Shown piece after piece: positions 9,492 to 18,333 of a DNA stretch of 64,000 nt. This stretch comes from Acholeplasma sp. (GTDB taxonomy: Bacteria; Bacillota_I; Bacilli_A; Acholeplasmatales; UBA5453). Each line of letters begins with the position of its first letter. Within the stretch, counting starts at the first letter, position 1. The notes beneath the pieces were generated by a model. That model was not told where the DNA came from and did not search any database. It worked only from the letters and a program-made list of their open reading frames with translations. Both the position numbers and the translations under genes were made by a program. The DNA is taken from positions 1 to 64,000 of the forward strand of contig JAVBWN010000015.1 in NCBI GenBank assembly GCA_036677365.1. Direction: 5' to 3'.

Positions 9492-11442
9492 AATCTGCCT
9501 CCTTGATTTGATAATCGTCGTCATCGATGAATTCGACGTTGTGTTCAATCCATTCACGTCTTGGACCGACTTGGTCGCCCATCAAGATGGATACACGCTT
9601 TTCAGCTTCGCCTTCATCTTCTAAACGCACTTGAATGAGTGTTCTGGTTTTAGGGTCCATGGTGGTTTCCCACAGTTGATCAAAATTCATTTCCCCCAAC
9701 CCTTTGTAGCGTTGGATGGTGGTGTTGCCACCTTGGGTGAGGCGTTTTAATTCAATGTCATTCCACGCATAGTTGGAGATGAGTTTGCCACCCTTTTTCT
9801 GAGTGACTTTATATAAAGGTGGTAAAGCAATGTATAATTTGCCTGCTTCCACCAAGGGTTTCATATATCTAAAGAAGAATGTGATTAACAAGACTTGGAT
9901 GTGCGCACCGTCGGTATCCGCATCGGTCATGATGATGACTTTGTTATAATTACATTTACTGATGTCAAAATCGACACCAAAATCCGCACCAATGGTGTGA
10001 ATGATGGTATTGATTTCTTCATTTTTCAATATCGCATCCACATTGGCTTTCTCGGTGTTGATGACTTTACCACGCAAAGGTAAGATGGCTTGAAAGCGTC
10101 GGTCACGACCTTGTTTTGCTGACCCACCCGCGGAATCACCTTCGACTAAGAATAATTCGTTCTTCGTTTTATCTTTACCTTGAGCTGGGGTTAATTTACC
10201 CGATAATGAGACTTCTTTTTTATTTTTCTTTTTATCGCTTCTGGCTTCATCTCTGGCTTTACGTGCAGCTTCACGCGCTTTAAATGCATCGAAAGCACGT
10301 TTGATTAAGCCATAAGAAAAGTCCATGTTTTCTTCTAGGTAATAGGTTAATTTATCATAAATGATGGATTCCATCGCATTTCTTGCTTCAGGGGAACCCA
10401 ATTTGGATTTGGTTTGACCTTCAAATTCAAGGAATGCTTCAGGGATACGCACTGATATGACGGCAGTCATACCTTCACGGATATCTACGCCATCGAGGTT
10501 TTGGTCTTTTTCTTTCAATAGGCCATATTTTCTCGCATAATCATTGATGGCACGGGTCGATGCACTCTTGAACCCGGTTTCATGCGTACCGCCATCGCGG
10601 GTACGGACGTTATTGACAAATGAAATGATGGTTTCACTGTATTGGTTGGTGAATTGGAATGCTGTTTCAACTTCAATGGCATTGTTCTTATTGACAGTAT
10701 ATACACCCATCAAATCCTTAACAGGGTGGAATTCTTGTTTGCCTTTATTGAGAAATTCTACGTATTCAGAAATGCCACGTTCATATTGGAATACGTCGCT
10801 TTGATTGGTACGTTCGTCATTTAATGTAATCTTAAGATTGCGAATTAAAAAAGCACTCTCACGGAGTCGGTCTTTAATGGTATCATAGCTGTATAGTGTG
10901 GTTGAAAAAATCTTTGGATCTGGTTTAAACCAAACCGATGTCCCAGTTCGTCGTGTTTTACCGATTTCTTCTAATGGAGAAATGACTTTTCCACCTTCAG
11001 AGAAGCGTTGTTGCATGATGAGACCATCACGGTAAATGGTGACTTCAAGGAATGTCGATAAAGCGTTGACGACCGATGCACCAACCCCGTGCAAGCCCCC
11101 TGAAACCTTATAGCCACCTTCAGAACCAAACTTACCACCCGCATGTAAAACAGTAAAAATGATTTCTGTCGTTGGTCTGCCAGACTTATGTAACTTATAT
11201 GGCAAACCGCGACCAAAATCATTGATCACGATGCTATTATCATTTTTAATTACGACATTGATTTCAGACCCAAATCCAGATAGGGCTTCATCGATCGCGT
11301 TGTCGACAATTTCCCAAACCAAATGGTGTAAACCCCTGGTATCGGTAGACCCGATGTACATCCCAGGACGTTTCCTGACCGCTTCTAGTCCTTCTAGTAT
11401 CTGGATCGAATCTTCAGAATATGTCTTCTTCAATTCTTCCAT
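9484..11442 (-). CDS. parE: DNA topoisomerase IV subunit B
   Basis: LEAVRKRPGMYIGSTD, VEGDSAGGSAKQGRDR, PLRGKVIN, MTDADTDGAHI and QRYKGLGEM motifs; divergent from plsY. The ATG at 11466 sits 1 nt after a TGnTATAAT -10 box, so the start at 11442 (AGGA RBS) is preferred. Confidence 0.95.
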   Translation of the reverse strand: MEELKKTYSEDSIQILEGLEAVRKRPGMYIGSTDTRGLHHLVWEIVDNAIDEALSGFGSEINVVIKNDNSIVINDFGRGLPYKLHKSGRPTTEIIFTVLHAGGKFGSEGGYKVSGGLHGVGASVVNALSTFLEVTIYRDGLIMQQRFSEGGKVISPLEEIGKTRRTGTSVWFKPDPKIFSTTLYSYDTIKDRLRESAFLIRNLKITLNDERTNQSDVFQYERGISEYVEFLNKGKQEFHPVKDLMGVYTVNKNNAIEVETAFQFTNQYSETIISFVNNVRTRDGGTHETGFKSASTRAINDYARKYGLLKEKDQNLDGVDIREGMTAVISVRIPEAFLEFEGQTKSKLGSPEARNAMESIIYDKLTYYLEENMDFSYGLIKRAFDAFKAREAARKARDEARSDKKKNKKEVSLSGKLTPAQGKDKTKNELFLVEGDSAGGSAKQGRDRRFQAILPLRGKVINTEKANVDAILKNEEINTIIHTIGADFGVDFDISKCNYNKVIIMTDADTDGAHIQVLLITFFFRYMKPLVEAGKLYIALPPLYKVTQKKGGKLISNYAWNDIELKRLTQGGNTTIQRYKGLGEMNFDQLWETTMDPKTRTLIQVRLEDEGEAEKRVSILMGDQVGPRREWIEHNVEFIDDDDYQIKEADYE

Positions 11443-11584
11443 TAAATCAGTCCTTGCTTTAGTCATATTATACCAAATTTTAAACCGTTTTCACAATAAA
11501 AAATATAGTCATTTTGGATAAATGCGCTATTTTAATTGGAATTTCAAAATATATGATATAATATTGTCATTACGAGGTGAAAAG

Positions 11585-12256
11585 ATGGGCTTTATCGCAA
11601 TACAAATCGGTTTAATTTTATTCGCTTATCTGATTGGTTCAATACCGAATGGACTATGGATTGGCAAAGTTTTCTTAAAAATTGATTTAAGGGAACATGG
11701 TTCAAAAAATATCGGGGCTTCTAACGCCCTCAGAGTGATGGGACTCAAGCTTGGCATATTGACTTTTGCATTAGACGCACTCAAAGGTGCACTCCCAATC
11801 ATCATCGTTAGAATCTTGAAATCCACAATCGAACTTACAACCAATGTGGTTATATTTGATCAACCTTATGACTATGAAATCGTCTTTGGTGTGGTCGCAG
11901 TCTTAGGCCATACCTTCCCACTATTTAACCACTTTAAAGGTGGTAAAGCGGTGGCGTCATCTGCAGGTATCGTGTTGACGTTAACACCAATTGCCGGCAT
12001 TTTATGTATTTTCACTTACATCATCACTGTCATTTTAACGAAGTATGCCTCTTTGGGGTCGACTTTCGCTGCACTTACTGTATTCATCGCGGCACTCGCT
12101 GAATTTTGGATTAGAGACATCATGTTAGAACAATTGTTTGTGCTCATTGTCTATTCATTGATGATTCTATTCATATTCTACCGCCATCGTGAAAACTATA
12201 AGCGCTTATTAAAAGGCACTGAGAATAAGATGTCGTTTACAAAGAAAAAAGTGTAA
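11585..12256 (+). CDS. plsY: Glycerol-3-phosphate acyltransferase PlsY
   Basis: YLIGSIP, GSKNIGASN, DALKG, GHTFP, FKGGKAVA and HRENYKRL motifs. Confidence 0.95.
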   Translation: MGFIAIQIGLILFAYLIGSIPNGLWIGKVFLKIDLREHGSKNIGASNALRVMGLKLGILTFALDALKGALPIIIVRILKSTIELTTNVVIFDQPYDYEIVFGVVAVLGHTFPLFNHFKGGKAVASSAGIVLTLTPIAGILCIFTYIITVILTKYASLGSTFAALTVFIAALAEFWIRDIMLEQLFVLIVYSLMILFIFYRHRENYKRLLKGTENKMSFTKKKV

Positions 12257-12261
12257 TCCCC

Positions 12262-12292
12262 AAACCCTTCACCATTGGAGGGTTTTTATTTT
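12262..12292 (+). terminator. Intrinsic terminator after plsY
   Basis: AAACCCTTCA-ccat-TGGAGGGTTT followed by TTATTTT. Confidence 0.7.
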
Positions 12293-12330
12293 ACCCAAAT
12301 CGTGTTATCCTTGTCTTAGGAAGTGATACT

Positions 12331-13134
12331 GTGATTTTAAAATCGATTGAATTTATAAAAACCGATGAAGATGGTTATCCTTACAATCTACCTTTTTTTG
12401 GCCATAAAATTACCCTTACTACACCCATCACCATTTTGGTGGGTGAAAATGGGTCAGGTAAATCCTCTTTGCTTAAATTACTGAATGATGTCCTCAAATT
12501 ATACCGGATTGACGCCAATGATGCTATGAAGAAAAACCCTAAAGCGTTCAAGTCATCCTTACATTTACCTAGTGTTCAGTATGTAAGGACCAAACCCAAA
12601 GGTTTTTATTTCAGTGCTGAAGATTTCACCACATATATTCATAGTCTTGAACAAAATCGACAAGAGGCTTATCAAGCCCTCGATGACATTGAAACTGAAT
12701 ACGCTCATAAATCCGATTTTTCAAAATCATTGGCAAGGATGCCGCACATGCGTACCTTGAATGACATCGATCAAATGTATCAGAAAGATTTGTTGTCATC
12801 TTCCCATGGTGAGGCATACCTCGATTTTTTCAAGTCTCGATTGAGAACCCATGAACTCTATTTGCTTGATGAACCCGAAACCCCACTGTCGATTCAAAAT
12901 CAAATCACGATGTTATCGGTACTTGATGATGCGATCCTCCGTGGCAATCAGTTCATCATCGCCACACATTCACCCATTTTGATGTCTATCCCTGGCGCAA
13001 CCATATATGAAATCCATACCGAGGGCATTCGAAGCATCGAATACGATGACATTGAATCGGTCAAGTTACTCAAACACTTTTTAAATCACAAAGAACAATT
13101 TTTTAAACACTTATACGAAAAAAAGTCCGAGTAG
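12331..13134 (+). CDS. Stand-alone ABC/AAA-type ATPase (COG3910-like)
   Basis: Walker A GENGSGKS, SHGE signature, LLDEPE Walker B, ATHSPIL. Confidence 0.85.
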   Translation: MILKSIEFIKTDEDGYPYNLPFFGHKITLTTPITILVGENGSGKSSLLKLLNDVLKLYRIDANDAMKKNPKAFKSSLHLPSVQYVRTKPKGFYFSAEDFTTYIHSLEQNRQEAYQALDDIETEYAHKSDFSKSLARMPHMRTLNDIDQMYQKDLLSSSHGEAYLDFFKSRLRTHELYLLDEPETPLSIQNQITMLSVLDDAILRGNQFIIATHSPILMSIPGATIYEIHTEGIRSIEYDDIESVKLLKHFLNHKEQFFKHLYEKKSE

Positions 13135-13148
13135 GACTTTTTGTTTTT
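13118..13148. terminator. Bidirectional terminator overlapping the ATPase stop codon
   Basis: AAAAAGTCC-gagta-GGACTTTTT between convergent genes. Confidence 0.7.
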
Positions 13149-14028
13149 ATTCAGGGTCTGCTTCGATGATGGCTTTGGTTTCATCCAGCCATATTTTTGC
13201 GAAATGGTTGTTCGAAATAACAATTGGCATCGCTAGTACATAGAAAAGCGGTAAGATCAAATAGTAATCTAAGGATAAATCGAACACATCGATAAATACA
13301 GTCAAAAGCCCAATCGATAGAATTAATATCCCTACGGATACAAAGTTCCAAACGAAACGGTTCTTCTGGAGGTGCGGTTTTAATTTGTAGTGCAAATTGA
13401 ATACATGACGGTAAGTGAACGCTGAAATCAATAATCCGGCGATGGCAGCGAACCCAAGGAGAATCCCAGCCAATAAATGGTGATATTTCAGTATGGCCAA
13501 CACAGAGATGATGCCAAACAGTTCAAAAACCCCGGCGGTCAATAATTGAACAAGCGTTCTGGAATAATGGATGGCCTTCAAATACTTTTCTTGAATTTGA
13601 GCACTCTTTTTAGGGTGTTTTTGGGTTTCCTCAATCAGTTTGATATAAGAGGACTCAGGTTCTTTGGTATCTTCTAGCAATTTTTCATAATCCTTATACA
13701 TGAACCATTCCACCAAAATATCAGCAACAAACAAGGGTATTGTGATCATGTTGAATAAGATATAGCCTTGGGTATCCAGCCCACTTGCACGTAATACCAC
13801 AAAGATAATCGATATTTTCAACAAAAAATCGATCAATGTGTATCGTTTTAAATCTTTAAACGATTCTGAAAAACCGAATAAAGTCAAAATCACCGGGACA
13901 ACCATGGTAAAAATCCAAAACGGATGGATTGAATCTAGACCATCGGTATGGATTTGGTAATTTAAGAACAAAACATTCATATAGGAAAGGATTGATAATG
14001 CGATTAATAATCTTAAATACGTTTTCAT
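13147..14028 (-). CDS. Hypothetical multi-pass membrane protein
   Basis: 293 aa with about 8 hydrophobic segments in two blocks; GAGG RBS. Confidence 0.7.
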   Translation of the reverse strand: MKTYLRLLIALSILSYMNVLFLNYQIHTDGLDSIHPFWIFTMVVPVILTLFGFSESFKDLKRYTLIDFLLKISIIFVVLRASGLDTQGYILFNMITIPLFVADILVEWFMYKDYEKLLEDTKEPESSYIKLIEETQKHPKKSAQIQEKYLKAIHYSRTLVQLLTAGVFELFGIISVLAILKYHHLLAGILLGFAAIAGLLISAFTYRHVFNLHYKLKPHLQKNRFVWNFVSVGILILSIGLLTVFIDVFDLSLDYYLILPLFYVLAMPIVISNNHFAKIWLDETKAIIEADPE

Positions 14029-14085
14029 AGACTCAACCTCATGACTATTCTACCATAAAAAAATAAAAAGGTGATTACTCACCCA

Positions 14086-14301
14086 TTATTTAACTTGATT
14101 CATTGAGTTCATTACTTGACGAACTTGCTTTTCAGAAGGGGTTCTGCCCATTTGACGCATCATTTCGCGAATCATACGTTCGTTGACAGGTGGGTTTTTC
14201 TTTAAGTAGTTTTTAAACCAAGCCCTTGCAATAAAGAAACCTGCTGCGCCACCAACCAATAGACTTCCTAGACCAGTCAATAAATACCATAGCCATTCCA
14301 T
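14086..14301 (-). CDS. yneF: YneF / UPF0154 family membrane protein
   Basis: One TM segment followed by KNPPVNERMIREMMRQMGRTPSEKQVRQ. Confidence 0.9.
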   Translation of the reverse strand: MEWLWYLLTGLGSLLVGGAAGFFIARAWFKNYLKKNPPVNERMIREMMRQMGRTPSEKQVRQVMNSMNQVK

Positions 14302-14388
14302 TAAAAATCACTCCTTCAATAACAATAATATCATACTAAATCATCGGATTAAAAGCAAGCCAAAACGCGAATTCACTTAAATTGTGGG

Positions 14389-14417
14389 TTTACATTTTGC
14401 TTGACATATAATAAAAT
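14389..14417 (+). promoter_or_regulatory. Sigma-70-type promoter for ferredoxin
   Basis: TTTACA-17 bp-TAAAAT upstream of an AAGGAG RBS. Confidence 0.5.
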
Positions 14418-14438
14418 AAAGTATAAGGAGTGATGATT

Positions 14439-14606
14439 ATGCCAAGATGGATCGACGACAGCTGTATCGCATGCGGTAGCTGCCAATCTGTATGCCCGGT
14501 AGACTGCATTTCAGAAGGCGACATTTACGTGATTGATGAATCCGTATGTATCGACTGTGGGGCTTGCCAAGAAGTATGCCCAGTAGGAGCAATTTCAGAA
14601 CGCTAA
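14439..14606 (+). CDS. 2x[4Fe-4S] ferredoxin (55 aa, absent from ORF track)
   Basis: Translated by hand: [55 protein letters not shown], with two CxxCxxCxxxCP motifs. AAGGAG RBS and a downstream terminator. Confidence 0.95.
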   Translation: MPRWIDDSCIACGSCQSVCPVDCISEGDIYVIDESVCIDCGACQEVCPVGAISER

Positions 14607-14610
14607 AAAG

Positions 14611-14666
14611 AAAACGCACTCGCGAGAGTGCATTTTTTTTCGTTTAAAACCATCCTTAGGGTGGTT
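14611..14666. terminator. Two adjacent terminators (ferredoxin on +, rsmD on -)
   Basis: GCACTC-gcga-GAGTGC plus T-tract, then AACCATCC-tta-GGGTGGTT. Confidence 0.7.
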
Positions 14667-15201
14667 ATTTTTGATAAATTCCGATTCTTTTGATCCCATG
14701 AACACGGTCTTTATTGAGGGTGATGCCTGAAACAACTGGACATGGATTCGATGATTCGATTTCAATGATGATTTTGCCTTCTTTGCTCAATATCGAAAGC
14801 ACCCCTTTTAAAATGGGTTCGATGTCTATAGCATACGGTGGGTCTAGAAAGATATAGTCAAATTTAACCTGTTGTCTTTCATAGAAATGCAACGCTTCTT
14901 TGTAATCGAGTGCTGTAATGGTTGCCCCTGTGCTTAAATTGGCTTCATTCATCTTTAATGATTTGTATGCCAAGGGGTGATGGTCATTTAAATAAATTTT
15001 GGTTGCGCCACGTGAATAGGCTTCAAACCCATAAGCGCCAGACCCAGCGAATAAATCGAGTACAGTACCATCGATTTGAAACAACATATTGAACACAGCC
15101 CCCCGCACGAGTGAGGCCGTTTCTTTGGTGTCTTCACTCAAACTGATGAGGGTCTTACCTTTCAAAGTACCGGCAATGATTTTTAATTTGACCTGTTTCA
15201 T
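14665..15201 (-). CDS. rsmD: 16S rRNA m2G966 methyltransferase RsmD family
   Basis: KIIAGTLKG, LDLFAGSGAYGFEAYSRGA and FLDPPY motifs. Confidence 0.88.
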   Translation of the reverse strand: MKQVKLKIIAGTLKGKTLISLSEDTKETASLVRGAVFNMLFQIDGTVLDLFAGSGAYGFEAYSRGATKIYLNDHHPLAYKSLKMNEANLSTGATITALDYKEALHFYERQQVKFDYIFLDPPYAIDIEPILKGVLSILSKEGKIIIEIESSNPCPVVSGITLNKDRVHGIKRIGIYQK

Positions 15202-16271
15202 TCGAACAATTTTAAAATCGCCTTATTGTAATAGAGGTTATTAAAATAAGTGGTTTTCTTCGAAATCAAATCCAAATCCATCAAATCACGGTAACGTTTG
15301 ATGATGGTCTTCGATAATACACCAAAATGGGCTTGTAAAGGTTCATTTTCAAGGTAGATGACTCGGTGACTCACATGGATCATTTCAAGTAAACGACGCT
15401 TTTGATAGATTGTATGGTCGCTTTCTTCAATTTTTTCTTCTTGTTTCAATTTGATACGGTTGTAGCCCGTAATCATTCGATTGGCATCCTTAATGGCTGC
15501 TTTTAAACCTGTTAAGTAGTAAACGATGAAGCCATTGATGTCATCTTCAACCAGGGCTTTTTTGCGGACATCTTCAATTTGCTTTAAGTGTCTGGTTAAA
15601 GGAATGAAATGTTTAATGCCATCAAATTCAATCAAATAAAGCTGAGAAGCCATACGAGCGAGTTCCACATTCCCAATTAAAAATGGTAAGGACGTCGCGA
15701 TTTGATAATACAGTAACGCGGCACGGACATACACAGGAATGTCATCACGGTACATGAACAATTCCATTTCTTCCATGATGGTCACCATCGATTCTGGGTC
15801 TGGTGGAATGTAGGTTGCTTGTTCCATGGATGGCCCAACAAATGATTGGGTACGTCTAAATTCGCCTGGGTATTGGTTTTGATGTTTGGAAAATAAAGCG
15901 TAATGTAAATCTTTCAAGAATCGGTTCGCGTAACCGATTTTTTTCATGTGAGCAGGTGCTTCGTCATAGGTTTCTTGAAAACTGAGTAAGTCATTGTAAA
16001 ACAAGTTAAAACCGCTTGGTGCGTATAAATCACTGAAGTTATAATCACCAATCGATGTTCTCATCCAATCGAGCATTTCAGCGTCTTGAATCAGTCTGAA
16101 AAAGGCTTTATTGAGTGGGGATTCGAGTGGCAAAAGTCGATTGATGTCATCGACCAATTGATCGATGCGTGCATCTTTTTTAGAGGTTATGTAAAGACCA
16201 TTCAATGTGTATGGAACAAATACATTGATTTTCTTTACCCCGTAAGGCTTTTGTTCGTATGTACCTAGCAT
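15198..16271 (-). CDS. Fic-family protein with degenerate catalytic motif
   Basis: PGEFRRTQSFVG and YIPPDP are Fic-typical. The catalytic motif reads YQIATSLPFLIGNVELARM instead of HPFLDGNGRxxR. ATGA overlap with rsmD. Confidence 0.75.
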   Translation of the reverse strand: MLGTYEQKPYGVKKINVFVPYTLNGLYITSKKDARIDQLVDDINRLLPLESPLNKAFFRLIQDAEMLDWMRTSIGDYNFSDLYAPSGFNLFYNDLLSFQETYDEAPAHMKKIGYANRFLKDLHYALFSKHQNQYPGEFRRTQSFVGPSMEQATYIPPDPESMVTIMEEMELFMYRDDIPVYVRAALLYYQIATSLPFLIGNVELARMASQLYLIEFDGIKHFIPLTRHLKQIEDVRKKALVEDDINGFIVYYLTGLKAAIKDANRMITGYNRIKLKQEEKIEESDHTIYQKRRLLEMIHVSHRVIYLENEPLQAHFGVLSKTIIKRYRDLMDLDLISKKTTYFNNLYYNKAILKLFE

Positions 16272-16352
16272 ATTATCACCTACCTTAAATTATACCAAAA
16301 AACCGCGTAATTAAGCAATAAAAATGACAAAAAAAGGCATTATGGATGCCTT

Positions 16353-18011
16353 TTAAAGTTTCTTCAATTTGATGGTCTTGTTCTTGAAATTTTTACCGTT
16401 CAAGGCCATGACACGATTGACAGATTGCTTGTTCAATTGGAAAACAGTCTTGGTATCACCAATCGTGATGTCACCGACATTACCGGTATATAAATCTGCT
16501 TCTTTTTTGAATAAATCGAGTAAAGAGACCGCACGAATTTGATCCTGTTTACCGTAGTTGATCTCGAATTCAACGAATTCTTTTTGATTGGCTCTGGCTG
16601 GTCTCGCTTCACCCTCCGTTTTAGGACGTCTGGTGTCACCGCTGGCTTCACGTGGACGTCGATCGTTACGATCAAAGGTTTTCTTCTCACGTGGTTTATC
16701 GACTGGGATGTCACGGTATTCTTTTTCTTGATCATCGATTGACATGGTCATCAACGCGTTGATGATGTCAATCCCGTCGTAACCATCGGCCAAGAGTTTT
16801 TGAATTACAATTTCATACTTGTGTTCTTTCTTTTGGCTAATCATGTCAGCGATCTGGTTGTAAATCCCTTTGATGGTCACCGCGTGGATGTCTTCAACCG
16901 TTGGGATTTCTTTGAGTTCAAGGGGTTGTTTGGTGAAGCTTTCAAGTTCCTTGATACGACGTCTGTTCCAAGCGTTGGATAAGGTAATGGCATAACCACT
17001 CTTACCCGCACGGCCAGTACGACCAATACGGTGAACGTACACTTCCAATTCTTGCGGGATGTCATAGTTGATGATGGCTTCTACATCGTTGATGTCTAAT
17101 CCACGGGCTGCAACGTCTGTAGCCACTAAAATTTTGACATTTTTTGACCTAAAAGCATTCATGACACGGTCGCGTTGAAGTTGTTTCAAGTCCCCATGTA
17201 AAGCATCGGCGCTGTACCCTAAATTTTGTAGGTAAGCAACCAAATCATCCACGCCTGCTTTGGTGTTGGCGAAAATGATGATGGATTTAAAATGATAAAA
17301 ATCCAATAGTCTGACCAATAGGTCATCCTTATATTCTTTTTTCACTTCATAGTAGACTTGTTTGATTTTTTCTACCGTGAGTGTCTTCGCTTCAATTTTG
17401 ATATGAACAGGGTCCTGTTGATAGGTTGAAGCTACTTTTTTGATGAAAGGTGGGATGGTCGCGGAAAAAAGCACAGTTTGTCTTTCTTTCGGCGTGTCTT
17501 TCAAAATAATTTCCAAATCCTCTTGGAAACCCATTTTCAACATTTCGTCGGCTTCGTCCATAACGAGCATACGTAAGTTGTTGAAATCGAGTGTCTTTCG
17601 GGTCATGTGGTCGATGATACGACCCGGTGTCCCGATGATGATTTGTGGTTTTTCCTTCAAGCTCTTAATTTGTCTTTCAATCGATTGGCCACCGTATACC
17701 ACGGTTGCTCTTATTTGTCTAGAGAAGCGAATTAGTTTTAAGAATTCAGCGTAGACTTGGAGTGATAACTCTCTCGTTGGCAATAAAATAAGCGCTTGTA
17801 CATTCGGGTTATTCATATCAATCTTTTCGATGATTGGAATCGCGAAAGAGAATGTTTTCCCGGTACCTGTTTGGGCTTGCCCAATCATGTCTTTACCGTC
17901 ACGGACCACGGGGATCGATGCGGCCTGGATATCCGTCGGATAAACGAATCCCAATTTGTCTATCGCCTTCTGAATATCTTCCTGCAAGTTTAAATCTTTA
18001 AATGTAATCAT
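16353..18011 (-). CDS. DEAD-box RNA helicase (CshA/DeaD-like) with C-terminal DbpA-type RNA-binding domain
   Basis: AQTGTGKT, PTREL, TPGR, DEAD, SAT, ARGLD and HRIGRTGRAG motifs. Confidence 0.95.
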   Translation of the reverse strand: MITFKDLNLQEDIQKAIDKLGFVYPTDIQAASIPVVRDGKDMIGQAQTGTGKTFSFAIPIIEKIDMNNPNVQALILLPTRELSLQVYAEFLKLIRFSRQIRATVVYGGQSIERQIKSLKEKPQIIIGTPGRIIDHMTRKTLDFNNLRMLVMDEADEMLKMGFQEDLEIILKDTPKERQTVLFSATIPPFIKKVASTYQQDPVHIKIEAKTLTVEKIKQVYYEVKKEYKDDLLVRLLDFYHFKSIIIFANTKAGVDDLVAYLQNLGYSADALHGDLKQLQRDRVMNAFRSKNVKILVATDVAARGLDINDVEAIINYDIPQELEVYVHRIGRTGRAGKSGYAITLSNAWNRRRIKELESFTKQPLELKEIPTVEDIHAVTIKGIYNQIADMISQKKEHKYEIVIQKLLADGYDGIDIINALMTMSIDDQEKEYRDIPVDKPREKKTFDRNDRRPREASGDTRRPKTEGEARPARANQKEFVEFEINYGKQDQIRAVSLLDLFKKEADLYTGNVGDITIGDTKTVFQLNKQSVNRVMALNGKNFKNKTIKLKKL

Positions 18012-18110
18012 GTAATTCCTCAATTCTGTATAATACCTTAATACTATATCATATTTAGGCCATAAATCCTAAAGTTTTATCGACAATATTTGTAAAAGTG
18101 CTTACAAAGT

Positions 18111-18137
18111 AAAAGCCCATCAAAAATGGGCTTAAAA
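18111..18137 (-). terminator. Terminator downstream of the small RNA / galU
   Basis: AAGCCCAT-caaaa-ATGGGCTT followed by a T-rich tract on the minus strand. Confidence 0.7.
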
Positions 18138-18149
18138 TGGCGTATTTTA

Positions 18150-18292
18150 CCTAGAAAGGTGTGAGAACTAAAAGTGTTACAGTGGGTAAAATCGACCTTT
18201 ACTTCGTGATTCCTATATATATAGGCATTCTAACCCCGCAAGGACTCAATTCCCGTTTCGGATGGTTGGGTTCCACAGCTTACCTTCTAGGC
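18150..18292 (-). ncRNA. ssrS: 6S RNA-like small RNA
   Basis: Hand folding gives one long rod: closing stem CCUAGAAGG/CCUUUCUAGG, UGUG-GAAC/GUUC-U-CACA, a ~15-nt central bubble on each side, then GGG-AAUUGA/UCGAUU-UUA-CCC and an apical stem. Own promoter upstream and terminator downstream. Confidence 0.7.
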
Positions 18293-18298
18293 ACCTTC

Positions 18299-18328
18299 AT
18301 TGTATCACTGTATCAACCATTTTGTCAA
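18299..18328 (-). promoter_or_regulatory. Sigma-70 promoter of the small RNA
   Basis: TTGACA-18 bp-TACAAT with TGn extension on the minus strand; predicted start coincides with the 5' end of the hairpin. Confidence 0.75.
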
Positions 18329-18333
18329 ATGAC

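Noticed and set aside
6747..11442. gyrA/gyrB assignment
   Set aside because: YIIQDRALPD, the lack of a recognisable GyrA box, plsY synteny and proximity to dif indicate Topo IV.
12331..14028. ATPase plus membrane protein as an anti-phage defence pair
   Set aside because: The genes are convergent and separately terminated, with no nuclease or effector partner.
14437..14619. 60-aa minus-strand ORF
   Set aside because: It is the antisense shadow of the ferredoxin gene on the + strand.
4018..16271. Fic genes as active toxin-antitoxin modules or pseudogenes
   Set aside because: Catalytic residues are absent and no antitoxin ORF is adjacent, yet the frames are full length with good RBSs.
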